64,000 nt of DNA from Paracoccaceae bacterium (GCA_039969355.1 JBDVOA010000008.1:42874-106873), one strand, 5' to 3'; shown: positions 34,267 through 44,719, counted from the first letter of the stretch. Program-made: numbers and translations. The notes: generated by a model not told the origin, from the letters alone.

Positions 34267-35172
34267 TCAACCACCAAGCCGTGAAAGGTGGCGGGCAAAT
34301 TCCTGGGTCGCCATGAGCGCCTTGCAGCGCTCAAATCGACCGTCTGCATAGGCGCGAAAGTCATCCGCCGGATTCTTGTTCGCATGCTGTATCAAACCCC
34401 AAAGAGTCCACAGAAGATCACACATTGCCTTATGAATCACCATTCTGGCGTGATCCTGCTGGGTTGGTTCACCACCAAAATAGGCAGTTAGCATCTCGGC
34501 ATCCTGCTCATCGTCAAATTCGCCTTCGACGGATAAGTCACCGAGATCCCACATGGGATCGTTCATGCCCGAATACTCCCAGTCGACGATCCACATACGT
34601 TCAGCGGTGTCCAGGAAATTTTCACACAAGGGATCACAATGGCAGGCAACGGCAATGACAGAACTGCGATCAAGCGCATTTCTGATCACCGCAGCTTCGC
34701 TTACTACGTCATGATATCCCGATGGCAGTTCGACATCCTTAGTAGCCAGTATGCGCAGATAGTCTTCGATCATGGCAAAAAGCTCGAATCTGGCCGGAAA
34801 CTCCGCGCCAGAGGAATGGAGGCGCGCAAAGGCTTGTCCCGCGCGGGCGGGCGCACCTGCAATGTTTCGAAAGCTGCTCGGAGACATGGTTACAGCATCC
34901 GCAACAAAGCGCGAAACCATGATCCCGCTAACCGGATCGGCGTAAATCACCTCTGGGTTGACCCCGGCCTTTGCAGCTTCCTTCGCCGCCGTGGCCTCGT
35001 TAATACGATCAATATACTCTTCCGTCCCCTCCCCGGGCAGGCGAAGAACATAGTCACCAACTTGGAATACGACATTCGTGAGCCCGCCCAATCGGATCAA
35101 TTGACTGGTTTCGCCCTTTAATTCTGGAATGGCGGCGATAGCAGCGCGTGCACGTTCTTCTTCCGTGGCCAT
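34267..35172 (-). CDS. Choline/ethanolamine-kinase-like phosphotransferase (APH superfamily)
   Basis: I trimmed to the ATG at 35172, which has an AAGGA RBS. The motifs are HCDPLCENF and IVDWEYSGMNDPMWDLG. Confidence 0.8.
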   Translation of the reverse strand: MATEEERARAAIAAIPELKGETSQLIRLGGLTNVVFQVGDYVLRLPGEGTEEYIDRINEATAAKEAAKAGVNPEVIYADPVSGIMVSRFVADAVTMSPSSFRNIAGAPARAGQAFARLHSSGAEFPARFELFAMIEDYLRILATKDVELPSGYHDVVSEAAVIRNALDRSSVIAVACHCDPLCENFLDTAERMWIVDWEYSGMNDPMWDLGDLSVEGEFDDEQDAEMLTAYFGGEPTQQDHARMVIHKAMCDLLWTLWGLIQHANKNPADDFRAYADGRFERCKALMATQEFARHLSRLGG

Positions 35173-35265
35173 CGGTTTGTCCTTAATGTTATCGCAACGT
35201 GTGAAAAGACTTTCACAATTGCTGCCGCTTGGCCAGCATCGGGCACCAGACAGATGGAGATCACT

Positions 35266-35889
35266 ATGGCGGATCAAGAGCACGGCGGACCTTTGGCCGA
35301 AGTTTATTCGTCGAAGAGCGCCGACGAAATCGCTTCGCATTATGATGCATGGGCTCAGCGATATGATGTAGATATGGCCCAAGCAGGGTATCGTCATCCG
35401 TCGATCGCTGTGGCGCTAATGGCGCGACATCTTCCGGCAGGTTCGACACCGGTTTTGGATGCGGGAGCAGGAACCGGGCTGGTGGGTGCATGGCTGGGCA
35501 TTCTTGGTTATCCAGACGTGGATGGTCTGGATGTCAGCAAAGGTATGCTGAACGTTGCAGCGACCAAAGGCGGGTATCGGCGCCTGCATCACCTGTCGCT
35601 AGGGGATACGCTGCCCTTTGACGACGGCGCCTTTCTCGGAATAATTTCAGCCGGAGTATTTACAACCGGTCATGTGGGGGAAGAGGCACTGCCAGAGCTG
35701 CTGCGGATCACCGCGCCCGACGGTGTACTGGTCATCACTGTTAAAGAAACGCTTTGGGGGGATGGTTTTGCGTCGGCCGTTGCCGAGATGGATAAAATCT
35801 CGATGGTTGAAACAACTAAGCCGTATGTCTCTATGCCGGGCGAGGCCGCTACGTCACCAAGCCGAGCCTTGGTTCTGCGACGCACCTGA
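35266..35889 (+). CDS. Class I SAM-dependent methyltransferase
   Basis: SAM motif I is VLDAGAGTGLVG. I preferred the ATG at 35266 (GGAG 6 nt upstream) over 35254. Confidence 0.8.
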   Translation: MADQEHGGPLAEVYSSKSADEIASHYDAWAQRYDVDMAQAGYRHPSIAVALMARHLPAGSTPVLDAGAGTGLVGAWLGILGYPDVDGLDVSKGMLNVAATKGGYRRLHHLSLGDTLPFDDGAFLGIISAGVFTTGHVGEEALPELLRITAPDGVLVITVKETLWGDGFASAVAEMDKISMVETTKPYVSMPGEAATSPSRALVLRRT

Positions 35890-35913
35890 CACCCATTCGC
35901 TTAGGCGCACGTC

Positions 35914-38367
35914 TCAACTGCGAACACGCAGACCTTCTGGATCGTAGAAGGGTTTCATTTCCAGCGTTGCGGGAATGGTTACTCCTGCCACGACAAGTTC
36001 ATACTCGCCGGCTTGTAACCAAGCATCAGAAACACCGCCGGGATTTCTTACGTAGCCATAGCCCAATCCCATGCCCAGCGTATGGCCAAATCCCCCCGAC
36101 GAAAGATAGCCGACGGCCTTGCCATTGCGCAAAACCGTCTCGCGTCCCAAAAGCACAGCTCCAGTATCCGAAACAGCGAAACCTGCAAGTCGCTTGGTGA
36201 GGGGCGCAGTGCGCTTTTCTTCGAGAGCATCGCGACCAAGAAAGGGGCGATTAGTGTGCAGTTTTACTGCCCAGCCCAGTCCGGCCTCGAACGGAGTGTC
36301 GTTTGGTGTGATGTCAGAGGACCATGCGCGATAGCCTTTTTCCAAACGCAAGGAGTCGATTGCCCGGTAACCGATGGGGCGCAAACCGTCTCCCGCCCCT
36401 GCAGTCATCAAAGCGTCAAATACCGCGCCGGTTGCCGCTAGCGGCACATGAAGCTCCCACCCTAATTCTCCGACATATGTAATACGCAGCGCGCGCGTTC
36501 TGGCACCAGCAATGTCAAACTCCCGGATTTGGGCAAACGGAAAAGAGTCGGCACTTATATCAGCCTGTGTGACACGAGCGAGCACGTCACGGGCCCTTGG
36601 CCCCATCAGAGACAAAGTTCCCCATTGTTCTGTTACGTCACGAATGGTCACGTCACCAGATGGAAGGTGATCCCTGATCCAGTTCAAATCATGGGTGCGG
36701 AATCCTGTGCCGGTGACGATGTAAAAATGATCTTTGGCTAGGCGCGCGACGGTCAGGTCTGCCTCAATTCCACCTCGCGTATTTAGCAATTGGGTATATG
36801 TAAGACAGCCGGGCTTTTTTGTCAGGTCGTTCGCACAGATCCAGTCCAGCGCCGTAGCGGCATCAGAGCCGGTCACCTCATATTTCGCAAACGACGACTG
36901 ATCAAAAATACCGACGGCGTTGCGCACGTGTTTGTGTTCGGCAGCCACCGCGCCAAACCAGTTCTGCCGACCCATTGATAGTATGTCGCGCCTTTCGACG
37001 CTTTCGGATGCGAACCAGTTGGGACGTTCCCAGCCCAGCTTAGACCCAAAAACGGCACCATATTTTTTTAATCGCTCGTACAAGGGCGATGTTATCCTAG
37101 GCCGACCTGTTTCCATCTCTGCATGAGGGAAAGCAACTGTGTAGTGATGGCCATATGCCTCGCACGTTCGATCACAGACCCATTGGCGATCCCGGTGTAG
37201 GTCTGAGAACCGGTTAATATCCACCACCCAAAGATCAAGCGGTGCTTCGCCTGACACAACCCATTCGGCAAGCACCCAACCAGCACCGCCGCCGGACGCA
37301 ATGCCAAAGGCATTGAATCCCGCGCCGACGTACATATTCGTGCATTCCGGCGCACGCCCCAAAATGAAATTGCCGTCCGGGGTAAAGCTTTCCGGTCCGT
37401 TTATCATCTGCTTGACACCAGCAGATTCGAGCGCAGGTACCCTAGCGATGGCGGCGGACATGTGTTGCTCAAAATGATCGAAATCATCGTCAAATAGCCT
37501 GAACTCCCAATCATCTGGCACATCGCCCGTTGTCCACGGTTGCGGATTCGGTTCGTAACCTCCCATCACAAGCCCACCAACTTCTTCCTTGAAGTACGTA
37601 AGCTTATCAGGATCGCGGATTGTTGCCGCGTCCGATAGCAGCCCATCAATCTTATCTGTTACAATATATTGATGTTTGATCGGTTGCAGAGGTACAGAAA
37701 TGCCAACCTTTTCACCGAGTTGACGTGCCCATTGTCCCCCGCAGTTCACGACCTTTTCGCAGGCAATCGGACCATGGTCGGTCTCGACATGAGTAACCCG
37801 CTTGCCGTTCATCAGAAAACCCGTGACGCGGACGCCTTCGAAAAGTCGCGCGCCATGCATCCGTGCCCCTTTTGCAAGCGACTGAGTGATATCATAGGGG
37901 TTGGCCTGTCCGTCCGTGGGCAGCCAAGATGCGCCGACCAGATCGGAAGTATCCATCAACGGCCACATGGATTTGACCGCGTCGGGCGAGACCAGATCCA
38001 TATCCATCCCAAAACTACGGGCCGTGGTTGCCAATCGTCGATATTCGGTCCAGCGGTCTTCGGTTGTGGCAAGACGCAGACATCCGGTCATTTTCCAACC
38101 AGTCGACAGCCCGGTTTCATCGCTCAATCGTTTGTAGAGCTCTACAGAATACTTAAGAACTTGCGTGATAGAAGCTGATGATCGAAGCTGACCAACCAAC
38201 CCCGCCGCGTGCCAGGTGGACCCAGAAGTCAGCTTTCCCTGCTCAAGAAGAATTACATCCGCCTTGTGATCGCGAGCAAGATGGTAGGCGGTCGAGCAAC
38301 CGACAATACCGCCACCGATCACAACTATCTGAGCCTGATCGGGGACAGTCACAATGCGGTCTCCCAA
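35914..38367 (-). CDS. FAD oxidoreductase + GcvT folate-binding domain protein (dimethylglycine/sarcosine dehydrogenase-like)
   Basis: The 817-aa product has an N-terminal VVIGGGIVGCSTAYHL dinucleotide fold and a C-terminal aminomethyltransferase-like half. Confidence 0.9.
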   Translation of the reverse strand: MGDRIVTVPDQAQIVVIGGGIVGCSTAYHLARDHKADVILLEQGKLTSGSTWHAAGLVGQLRSSASITQVLKYSVELYKRLSDETGLSTGWKMTGCLRLATTEDRWTEYRRLATTARSFGMDMDLVSPDAVKSMWPLMDTSDLVGASWLPTDGQANPYDITQSLAKGARMHGARLFEGVRVTGFLMNGKRVTHVETDHGPIACEKVVNCGGQWARQLGEKVGISVPLQPIKHQYIVTDKIDGLLSDAATIRDPDKLTYFKEEVGGLVMGGYEPNPQPWTTGDVPDDWEFRLFDDDFDHFEQHMSAAIARVPALESAGVKQMINGPESFTPDGNFILGRAPECTNMYVGAGFNAFGIASGGGAGWVLAEWVVSGEAPLDLWVVDINRFSDLHRDRQWVCDRTCEAYGHHYTVAFPHAEMETGRPRITSPLYERLKKYGAVFGSKLGWERPNWFASESVERRDILSMGRQNWFGAVAAEHKHVRNAVGIFDQSSFAKYEVTGSDAATALDWICANDLTKKPGCLTYTQLLNTRGGIEADLTVARLAKDHFYIVTGTGFRTHDLNWIRDHLPSGDVTIRDVTEQWGTLSLMGPRARDVLARVTQADISADSFPFAQIREFDIAGARTRALRITYVGELGWELHVPLAATGAVFDALMTAGAGDGLRPIGYRAIDSLRLEKGYRAWSSDITPNDTPFEAGLGWAVKLHTNRPFLGRDALEEKRTAPLTKRLAGFAVSDTGAVLLGRETVLRNGKAVGYLSSGGFGHTLGMGLGYGYVRNPGGVSDAWLQAGEYELVVAGVTIPATLEMKPFYDPEGLRVRS

Positions 38368-39227
38368 CGACTTCTGTATGCATCGACTGCGACGTTCAGG
38401 CGCTCACGGTTTTCAACCGCGTATGCCTCATAGTCAGCACCAGGCGCGGCCAGATGAATGCTTGACACCATAGCCCACAAAGTTTCTCGCAGCAGCGAGG
38501 CAACTTGCATGGCATCAAAGGCTCGCATCAACGGTGTGTCCGGCATTGATCCAAAGTACGCGGCCATGAGCGCCTCGGCCTCGTCAGGGGACATCCCGGC
38601 ATTGGAGGCCGCCCCAGCAAGATCAAAAAGAGCTGTACCAAAACCTGCATATTCGTAGTCGATCAGCCATAGCCGATCTCCGTCATCCAGAAAGTTTGCA
38701 GGCAAAAGATCGTGGTGCCCAAAGATGATCGGCAGCGGTATCTGCACAGCCTCCATTTCCGCAGACAGGATCAGAAGGCTTGAAAGACCAGTAGCATAGC
38801 TGGTGCCTTTCAAAGTGTGAGCGTAGTCGCGGATCACGTGGAATGGCCAAAACAGAAAAGCTTCGCCAGTGATTTGAGCAGGCATTGTCTGGTGGAAGCG
38901 TGCCAAAAGGCGCCCCACCCGTTCAGGATTGTCGAGCAGGTCCTGCTCTGCCCAAGTTCGAGCATCCACGAAATCAGTGACCATAATACCGGGTTCGGTG
39001 TGTTGAACGGCAGGGCCAAATCCAGCCGCATAGGCTGCTCGGGCTGTCATCGCCTCGCGTGTTCTATCAACATGATGAAACGGATAGTTGTCTCCGAGCC
39101 GGACGACATATTCACCAATGGCATCAGTGACTTTCCAGATTTCATTGGACAGGCCGCCTGACAGTGGCTGTGCTTTCAGTGCGCCCTGCCAGCATGGCAA
39201 GTTGCTAACCTTTTTAGGAAGTCTCAT
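38349..39227 (-). CDS. Choline/ethanolamine-kinase-like phosphotransferase (second copy)
   Basis: I trimmed to the ATG at 39227, which has a GGAGAG RBS. The motifs are HHDLLPANF and LIDYEYAGFGTALFDLA. The gene overlaps both neighbours. Confidence 0.8.
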   Translation of the reverse strand: MRLPKKVSNLPCWQGALKAQPLSGGLSNEIWKVTDAIGEYVVRLGDNYPFHHVDRTREAMTARAAYAAGFGPAVQHTEPGIMVTDFVDARTWAEQDLLDNPERVGRLLARFHQTMPAQITGEAFLFWPFHVIRDYAHTLKGTSYATGLSSLLILSAEMEAVQIPLPIIFGHHDLLPANFLDDGDRLWLIDYEYAGFGTALFDLAGAASNAGMSPDEAEALMAAYFGSMPDTPLMRAFDAMQVASLLRETLWAMVSSIHLAAPGADYEAYAVENRERLNVAVDAYRSRWETAL

Positions 39228-41229
39228 GCGCGCCCTCTCCGGCCAGACCCAATCGCACCCGTGTTCTATGCGCCGCGGCATGAATCAAACGATCCGCGAT
39301 AATAGCGATGAATGCCACTGAAAGCCCTGCAACCAGACCTCGGCCCGGATCAGCTTTCGTCAGTGCGATATAAACCTCTTGCCCAAGATCGCGGGTCCCG
39401 ACGAGAGCAGTAATAACCAGCATCGACAGTGCGAACATAATTGTTTGATTGAGACCCAGCATGATTTCGGGCAGCGCCAGCTTCAATCGAATGCGCCTGA
39501 GTATCTGAAAAGGAGTACAACCCATGGCCTGCCCTGCTTCGATTAGCTGAGAATCCACCCCCCGCAGACCCAGTACTGTGTATCGGATCGCAGGTGCGAG
39601 TGCGTAGGCCACCACTGCTAACATGGCCGTAAAATCACCAACGCGGAATAGCATAACAGCGGGCATTAAGTACACAAAAGACGGCAGAGTTTGAAGTGTA
39701 TCAATTACAAGTCTGGCACCCCGCCACAGGCTATCACGCGATGCCACCGCAACGCCAATGGGGAGGCCAATCAACATTGCAATGGCCACCGAGATCCCAC
39801 AAAGATAGACGGTGATCATCGCTTCTTCCCAAAGGCCAGTACTTGCAATCAGAATTGTGAGGCCACTCGCGAGCACCGCCAATCGCAACCCGCCGAGGCG
39901 CCACCCCAGCAATCCGAGCAACACTGAAACGCCCACCCAAGGCAAGCTGATCAGGAACCGTTTCACGGGAATCAAAAGATTCAACAGAAGCGTATTCTTG
40001 ATACCTTCGAGCAGATCGAAATAACTGACATTGATATGGCGAACGAGATCGGACCAATAGGTGCCAGTCGAAAGGCCCCAAGCCTCAGGATAGACTTGCA
40101 TGGCGGGAACCACTAGGCCGATCATGGACGAAATTACGATCGTCGCTAAACCACCTAACAAATAGGGATGGCGCGCGACAAAACCACTTGAAACTGGCGC
40201 GGATGCAGCGGTTCGGTCTGCAAATGCTTGCGAGAGTCTGTCAAGCACGATGGCCAGGGCGACGATCGCGAAACCAGCCTCAATTCCAGCACCGAAATCA
40301 AGACGGCGCAGAGCCGAGAGCACGTCAAAACCAAGCCCACCTGCGCCAATCATAGACGCGATGATCACCATATTGAGCGACAGCATTATGACCTGGTTAA
40401 CCCCTACCATAAGCGGTTCCTTGGCCGAAGGAATTAAAACTCTCCACGTCATCTGGCGCGGGGTGCAGCCAATCATGTGGCCAAGATCCGTGAATTCTCC
40501 GGGCACGCGTTTCATCGCAAGCATTGTGATGCGGGTCATTGGCGGAGTTGCATAAATCAATGTTGCAATTACCGCCGAGGTCGGTCCAAAGCCAAACAAA
40601 ATCAGGATTGGCACTAGATAAGCAAAGACCGGAATAGTTTGCATAAGATCTAGCAGCGGAATTAACGCTCGACCTACTGCAGGCCAACGATGACCTGCAA
40701 GTCCCATTAACAAACCTCCGACAATACCCAATGGTACCGCGATCAGGATCGATGCCAAGGTAACCATAGCGGACGTCCACTGTCCAAACGCAGCAATGAA
40801 ACAAAAGCAAATCATGACAAGCGTAGTCAGCCGCCATCCTCCGGCAACATAGCCAAGAAGTCCCATCACCAGAGTAACTCCAACCCAACCGATCGGCGCG
40901 ATCGAAATACCCGCAACACTGGCGCCGCCCGACAACAGATTAAGGACGAGCGAGTAGGGAATGTTGATTGCTGCGGCGATAGCCCGGGTCAATTCGCGGA
41001 ATGAAAACAAGCCAAAGCTTGCGTCATTCATCAACCATTTCATCCCGTCCGAAATCCAGACGCGGACTGGCGGAGTCCATTCTCGTGGAAAGTCAAACGC
41101 CCAGGGGGCGATGTCGCGCCCCCAAAGCCAAAGCACAACAAACCCAGCAAATGCAGCAAACCAAAGCAATTTACCCCCGCTGGGGAACATGCGGAAAGCG
41201 GAAGTTGCGGGTGTCTGTGCGATTGACAT
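39214..41229 (-). CDS. Betaine/proline-type ABC transporter permease, duplicated (fused) ProW-like
   Basis: The 671-aa product contains two permease modules. Confidence 0.9.
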   Translation of the reverse strand: MSIAQTPATSAFRMFPSGGKLLWFAAFAGFVVLWLWGRDIAPWAFDFPREWTPPVRVWISDGMKWLMNDASFGLFSFRELTRAIAAAINIPYSLVLNLLSGGASVAGISIAPIGWVGVTLVMGLLGYVAGGWRLTTLVMICFCFIAAFGQWTSAMVTLASILIAVPLGIVGGLLMGLAGHRWPAVGRALIPLLDLMQTIPVFAYLVPILILFGFGPTSAVIATLIYATPPMTRITMLAMKRVPGEFTDLGHMIGCTPRQMTWRVLIPSAKEPLMVGVNQVIMLSLNMVIIASMIGAGGLGFDVLSALRRLDFGAGIEAGFAIVALAIVLDRLSQAFADRTAASAPVSSGFVARHPYLLGGLATIVISSMIGLVVPAMQVYPEAWGLSTGTYWSDLVRHINVSYFDLLEGIKNTLLLNLLIPVKRFLISLPWVGVSVLLGLLGWRLGGLRLAVLASGLTILIASTGLWEEAMITVYLCGISVAIAMLIGLPIGVAVASRDSLWRGARLVIDTLQTLPSFVYLMPAVMLFRVGDFTAMLAVVAYALAPAIRYTVLGLRGVDSQLIEAGQAMGCTPFQILRRIRLKLALPEIMLGLNQTIMFALSMLVITALVGTRDLGQEVYIALTKADPGRGLVAGLSVAFIAIIADRLIHAAAHRTRVRLGLAGEGAHETS

Positions 41230-41232
41230 GAG

Positions 41233-42267
41233 CTAACCCTGCAACATCATGTCGACGACCGGTGCGCGCGACAAGTGACCAACTACTTGGCCACTAGCAT
41301 CAGTGACCGCAACACACTGAGTACCGTCGCTAAACTCATGAGCAGCGCCTGCAACAGACAAATTTTGCATAACTGATTTTGTTGGCTCTGCTCCAGCTAC
41401 TGGTCCCATCAAACTGCTAACCTTTACCACCTTTGCACGGGTGACGGCGCCCGTGAATTCGCGGACATAATCTGTCGCAGGATTCAGGACGATATCTTCA
41501 GGTGTGCCAACCTGCACGACGGAACCGGATTTCATGATAGCAATGCGATCAGCGAGGCGGATTGCCTCATCAAAATCGTGGGTAATAAAAACAATGGTCT
41601 TTTTCAGGACCGATTGCAGCCGAATAAATTCGTCCTGCATTTCCCGGCGGATCAACGGGTCAAGAGCGGAAAACGGCTCGTCCAGAAACCATAGCTCGGG
41701 ATTGGTTGCAAGCGATCGGGCGATACCTACGCGCTGCTGTTGGCCACCTGAAAGCTCGCGGGGGTAAGCGAGTTCACGACCAGCTAGCCCTACCAGTTCG
41801 ATCATCCGGGCCGCACGTTCGCCACGTTCTGACGCTTCAACACCCTGAACTTCCAACGGAAACGCCACGTTGTCGATCACCGTCATATGGGGCAAAAGCG
41901 CAAAGTGCTGAAAAACCATGCCCATCTTGTGCCGTCTCAACTCGATCATTTCAGCGGTGGACGCAGCCAGCAAGTTTTGCCCGTTGAACAAGATCTCGCC
42001 GGCGGTTGGCTCAACAAGTCGAGAAAGGCACCGAACCAAGGTGGATTTGCCGGACCCGGACAAACCCATGATCACAAAAATCTCCCCCTCGCCTACCTCT
42101 ATGTCAACCTTGCGGACCGCAGGGACCAACCCCGCTTCGATCAATGCGTCGTGTGACGGGTTCGAACCCAGTTCACGAAGGGTCTCGGCCGCACGCTTGC
42201 CAAAGATTTTCCAGACACCACGGCAGACCAGTTTGGGCTCTGTCATAGACATGAAATTAATGGCCAC
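41233..42267 (-). CDS. Betaine/proline-type ABC transporter ATP-binding protein (ProV-like) with C-terminal CBS-like extension
   Basis: Walker A is GLSGSGKST, the signature is LSGGQQQRV and Walker B is LFLDEPFSALD. Confidence 0.9.
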   Translation of the reverse strand: MAINFMSMTEPKLVCRGVWKIFGKRAAETLRELGSNPSHDALIEAGLVPAVRKVDIEVGEGEIFVIMGLSGSGKSTLVRCLSRLVEPTAGEILFNGQNLLAASTAEMIELRRHKMGMVFQHFALLPHMTVIDNVAFPLEVQGVEASERGERAARMIELVGLAGRELAYPRELSGGQQQRVGIARSLATNPELWFLDEPFSALDPLIRREMQDEFIRLQSVLKKTIVFITHDFDEAIRLADRIAIMKSGSVVQVGTPEDIVLNPATDYVREFTGAVTRAKVVKVSSLMGPVAGAEPTKSVMQNLSVAGAAHEFSDGTQCVAVTDASGQVVGHLSRAPVVDMMLQG

Positions 42268-42306
42268 GGCAGGCGCAAATTAATCTACCTGTTGTGGCCA
42301 TTTGCC

Positions 42307-43248
42307 TTAGTTAATCCAAGTCTTCCATGTTTCTTCATTGGTGGCCATCCAATCCGCGACAACTTGTTCGACGGTGTTGCCGTTCAAATCGACTTCGGTG
42401 ATCATCGCACCCATATCGTCGTTCGAAATCGTGAATGCCTCAATAGCGGAATATGCCGTCGGCCATTTCTCCTCTACTCCGGCCCAGGCAACCTTCCAGA
42501 TTTCGCCGAACGGTTTCCCGCAATCATATGCCATATCAGGGTTTAATCCCGTAGACGGGTCACTATAGCATTCTGCTGTGTATTCCGGGAACTCGACCCA
42601 TTCCCCTTCATATTTCGCCGGGGCCCAGTGTGGAGCATAGACCCAAAGCAATACCGGAGCTTTGCGTTGGACGGCGCTTTCGAGTTCTGCAAACAGGGCT
42701 GCGTCAGTGCCCGCATGAATGACCTCAAATGGCAAATCGAGCGCTTCTACACGCTCATCGTCAAACCCGCCCCATGTGACAGGCCCCCCGAGATACCGGC
42801 CTTTAGGCGCAGTCTCGGCAGTCGAAAACGCTTCGGCACAGGCGGGTTCTTTCAAAGCTTCCCAATTGGGCAAGCCAGGGCAAAGTTCTTTCATATATAT
42901 GGGATACCACCACTCTTCCTTGGCTTTCATCCCCGTCGGTCCCACATTGACGACCTTGCCAGTGGCAGTGGCTGCGTCCATGGCTTCGCGACCGGTCGTT
43001 TCCCACATCTCCATCGCTACATCAAGATCTCCGGTCTCTAATCCGGCAAACTGTGCCAGATAGTCGGCCTGAACATAGTCGACGTTCAATCCCGCCTGTT
43101 CCAGAACCTCACCCATCAGCTGCGTTGTGATAAGCTGACCGGTCCAGTCATGCAGCGTCAATTTGATCGGATCAGTGGAATCCTGTGCGAATACAGCGCT
43201 GCAGGTGGAAAGCGCAAGAATAGATGCTGTTATTCTAATTGCAGACAT
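42307..43248 (-). CDS. Betaine-type ABC substrate-binding protein (ProX/OpuAC-like)
   Basis: I trimmed to the ATG at 43248, which has an AAGGGGG RBS. The signal peptide is ..LALSTCSAVFAQ. Confidence 0.85.
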   Translation of the reverse strand: MSAIRITASILALSTCSAVFAQDSTDPIKLTLHDWTGQLITTQLMGEVLEQAGLNVDYVQADYLAQFAGLETGDLDVAMEMWETTGREAMDAATATGKVVNVGPTGMKAKEEWWYPIYMKELCPGLPNWEALKEPACAEAFSTAETAPKGRYLGGPVTWGGFDDERVEALDLPFEVIHAGTDAALFAELESAVQRKAPVLLWVYAPHWAPAKYEGEWVEFPEYTAECYSDPSTGLNPDMAYDCGKPFGEIWKVAWAGVEEKWPTAYSAIEAFTISNDDMGAMITEVDLNGNTVEQVVADWMATNEETWKTWIN

Positions 43249-43425
43249 GGTGCCCCCCCTTGGGATCATTAATAAGGTGCCGCTTGGCTGAATAATCTTA
43301 ATCCAAAACCAGCCAACCCAGCTTGGATAGTCAAAGCTAACGGTGGCTAAGGGCGGCATGTCAATTGATTTATGTGGTTTTTTGTGCTTTTTCTGACCAC
43401 ATCTGACCGAATTCCGGTTTTTTGA

Positions 43426-44205
43426 TTGAAACGGGGGCGGGCCGTGGCCGTTAATTCCAAAAGACATGGCGAAATTCTGAGCATTCTGAGCGATGAAGGA
43501 ACTGTTACCGTTCTGGACTTGGCTGACCGCCTGCGCGTGTCCACCGAAACCGTGCGGCGTGACATAAGGCCGTTGGTTGACAGAGGCACTATTGTAAAGA
43601 TGCACGGCGCCGTGGGGCTTGCTAGATGGGTTGGTGAAGCACCTTTTGAGCGCCGTATGCGCGAAAACGCGGAGGCCAAGCAAAAGATTGCGCGAGCGAT
43701 GGCCGAAACGGTACGCAATGGCGACACGCTAATGATAGATACCGGCACCACCACAAGCTTTTTTGCCCGCGCCCTGGCACAGCACGAACGCTTAACTGTG
43801 ATTACCAACTCAACCGATATTTCACGCACTCTTGCAGGACGTGGTGGCAGCAAGGTAATTCTGACTGGGGGAGCCGTTAACGGCGATTCCGGTGCTGTTT
43901 TGGGTCACGAGGCGTTGTCATTTGCTCGGCACTATCGTGTGGATCATGCAGTCATTTCGGCGGGTGCTATCGGCGGCGACGGAGTGATGGATCACGAGCC
44001 CGACGAGGCAGCGTTTGCACGCGAGGTACTTGGATTGGGACGCCGCTGTGTCGTGATATCTGATTCGACCAAATTCGTGCGAACAGCATTGGTCAAAGTA
44101 TGTGATCTGAGTGACGTACACGAGCTTTTTACCGAAGCTGCGCCTGAAGTGGGGTTTGCCAATCTCCTCGCAGATGCGGGTGTTCAAATTCGAGAGTGTG
44201 GGTAG
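43426..44205 (+). CDS. DeoR-family transcriptional regulator
   Basis: The pattern RHGEILSILSDEGTVTVLDLADRLRVSTETVRRDI fits the family. The gene is divergent from the ABC operon. The start is TTG at 43426 or GTG at 43444. Confidence 0.9.
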   Translation: MKRGRAVAVNSKRHGEILSILSDEGTVTVLDLADRLRVSTETVRRDIRPLVDRGTIVKMHGAVGLARWVGEAPFERRMRENAEAKQKIARAMAETVRNGDTLMIDTGTTTSFFARALAQHERLTVITNSTDISRTLAGRGGSKVILTGGAVNGDSGAVLGHEALSFARHYRVDHAVISAGAIGGDGVMDHEPDEAAFAREVLGLGRRCVVISDSTKFVRTALVKVCDLSDVHELFTEAAPEVGFANLLADAGVQIRECG

Positions 44206-44353
44206 GCAACCAGAATACTATCGTCCAGTTATAGTTATGGAGCGAGACTGCTCCAAGTGCTTTAAATTCGCGGATTCTGTCAACTCTTTCGACCGCCACA
44301 AATAATGATTACAATCATTAGGTGCATTTCTGTGATGCCGAGGTACGCTTCGT

Positions 44354-44719
44354 CTACGCTTCTTGCACGCCGCCACCTGCCGCGTTCACGCTTTCAGGCA
44401 GGACAAAACCAACTTCGCCCGGCTTAGCTTTCACGTCATCGTGGATGCCATCTTCATAATGCTGCAAGATGTAACCACTAAGTTCGACGTCAGTGGACCC
44501 GACAAACTGAAGCGATTGGATGAACAGACCGGTCATGATCTGATGTTCTGAGACTGGCCAGTTCTCTTTTAGATATTCCAGCACCGCAGCTTCATCGGGT
44601 AGCTGGATTGGATCGTTTTCCTGTTGGTTGTTGTCGATCCAAGGTTCAAACAAAAAGAAGATTAAAACCAGCGACACAATCCCAGAAATCAACCAGATCG
44701 CACGTTCACTTAGTTTCAT
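44354..44719 (-). CDS. Membrane-anchored hypothetical protein
   Basis: The 121-aa product has one N-terminal TM helix. I recognise no family, and the surroundings are AT-richer. Confidence 0.5.
   Translation of the reverse strand: MKLSERAIWLISGIVSLVLIFFLFEPWIDNNQQENDPIQLPDEAAVLEYLKENWPVSEHQIMTGLFIQSLQFVGSTDVELSGYILQHYEDGIHDDVKAKPGEVGFVLPESVNAAGGGVQEA

Noticed and set aside
12409-43683. Long N-terminal extensions of several track ORFs (12409, 13485, 15414, 16959, 18176, 30606-31826, 34267-35397, 38349-39281, 42307-43683, 53394-54692, 56280-57050, 58116-59189)
   Set aside because: Internal starts with a Shine-Dalgarno, a signal peptide or family-typical N-termini fit better. The extensions overlap neighbouring genes or promoters.
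44303-44320. AT-rich palindrome TAATGAT-TACA-ATCATTA between convergent genes
   Set aside because: It is short and AT-rich in an AT-rich spacer. It could be a weak bidirectional terminator or chance, and nothing links it to a regulator.
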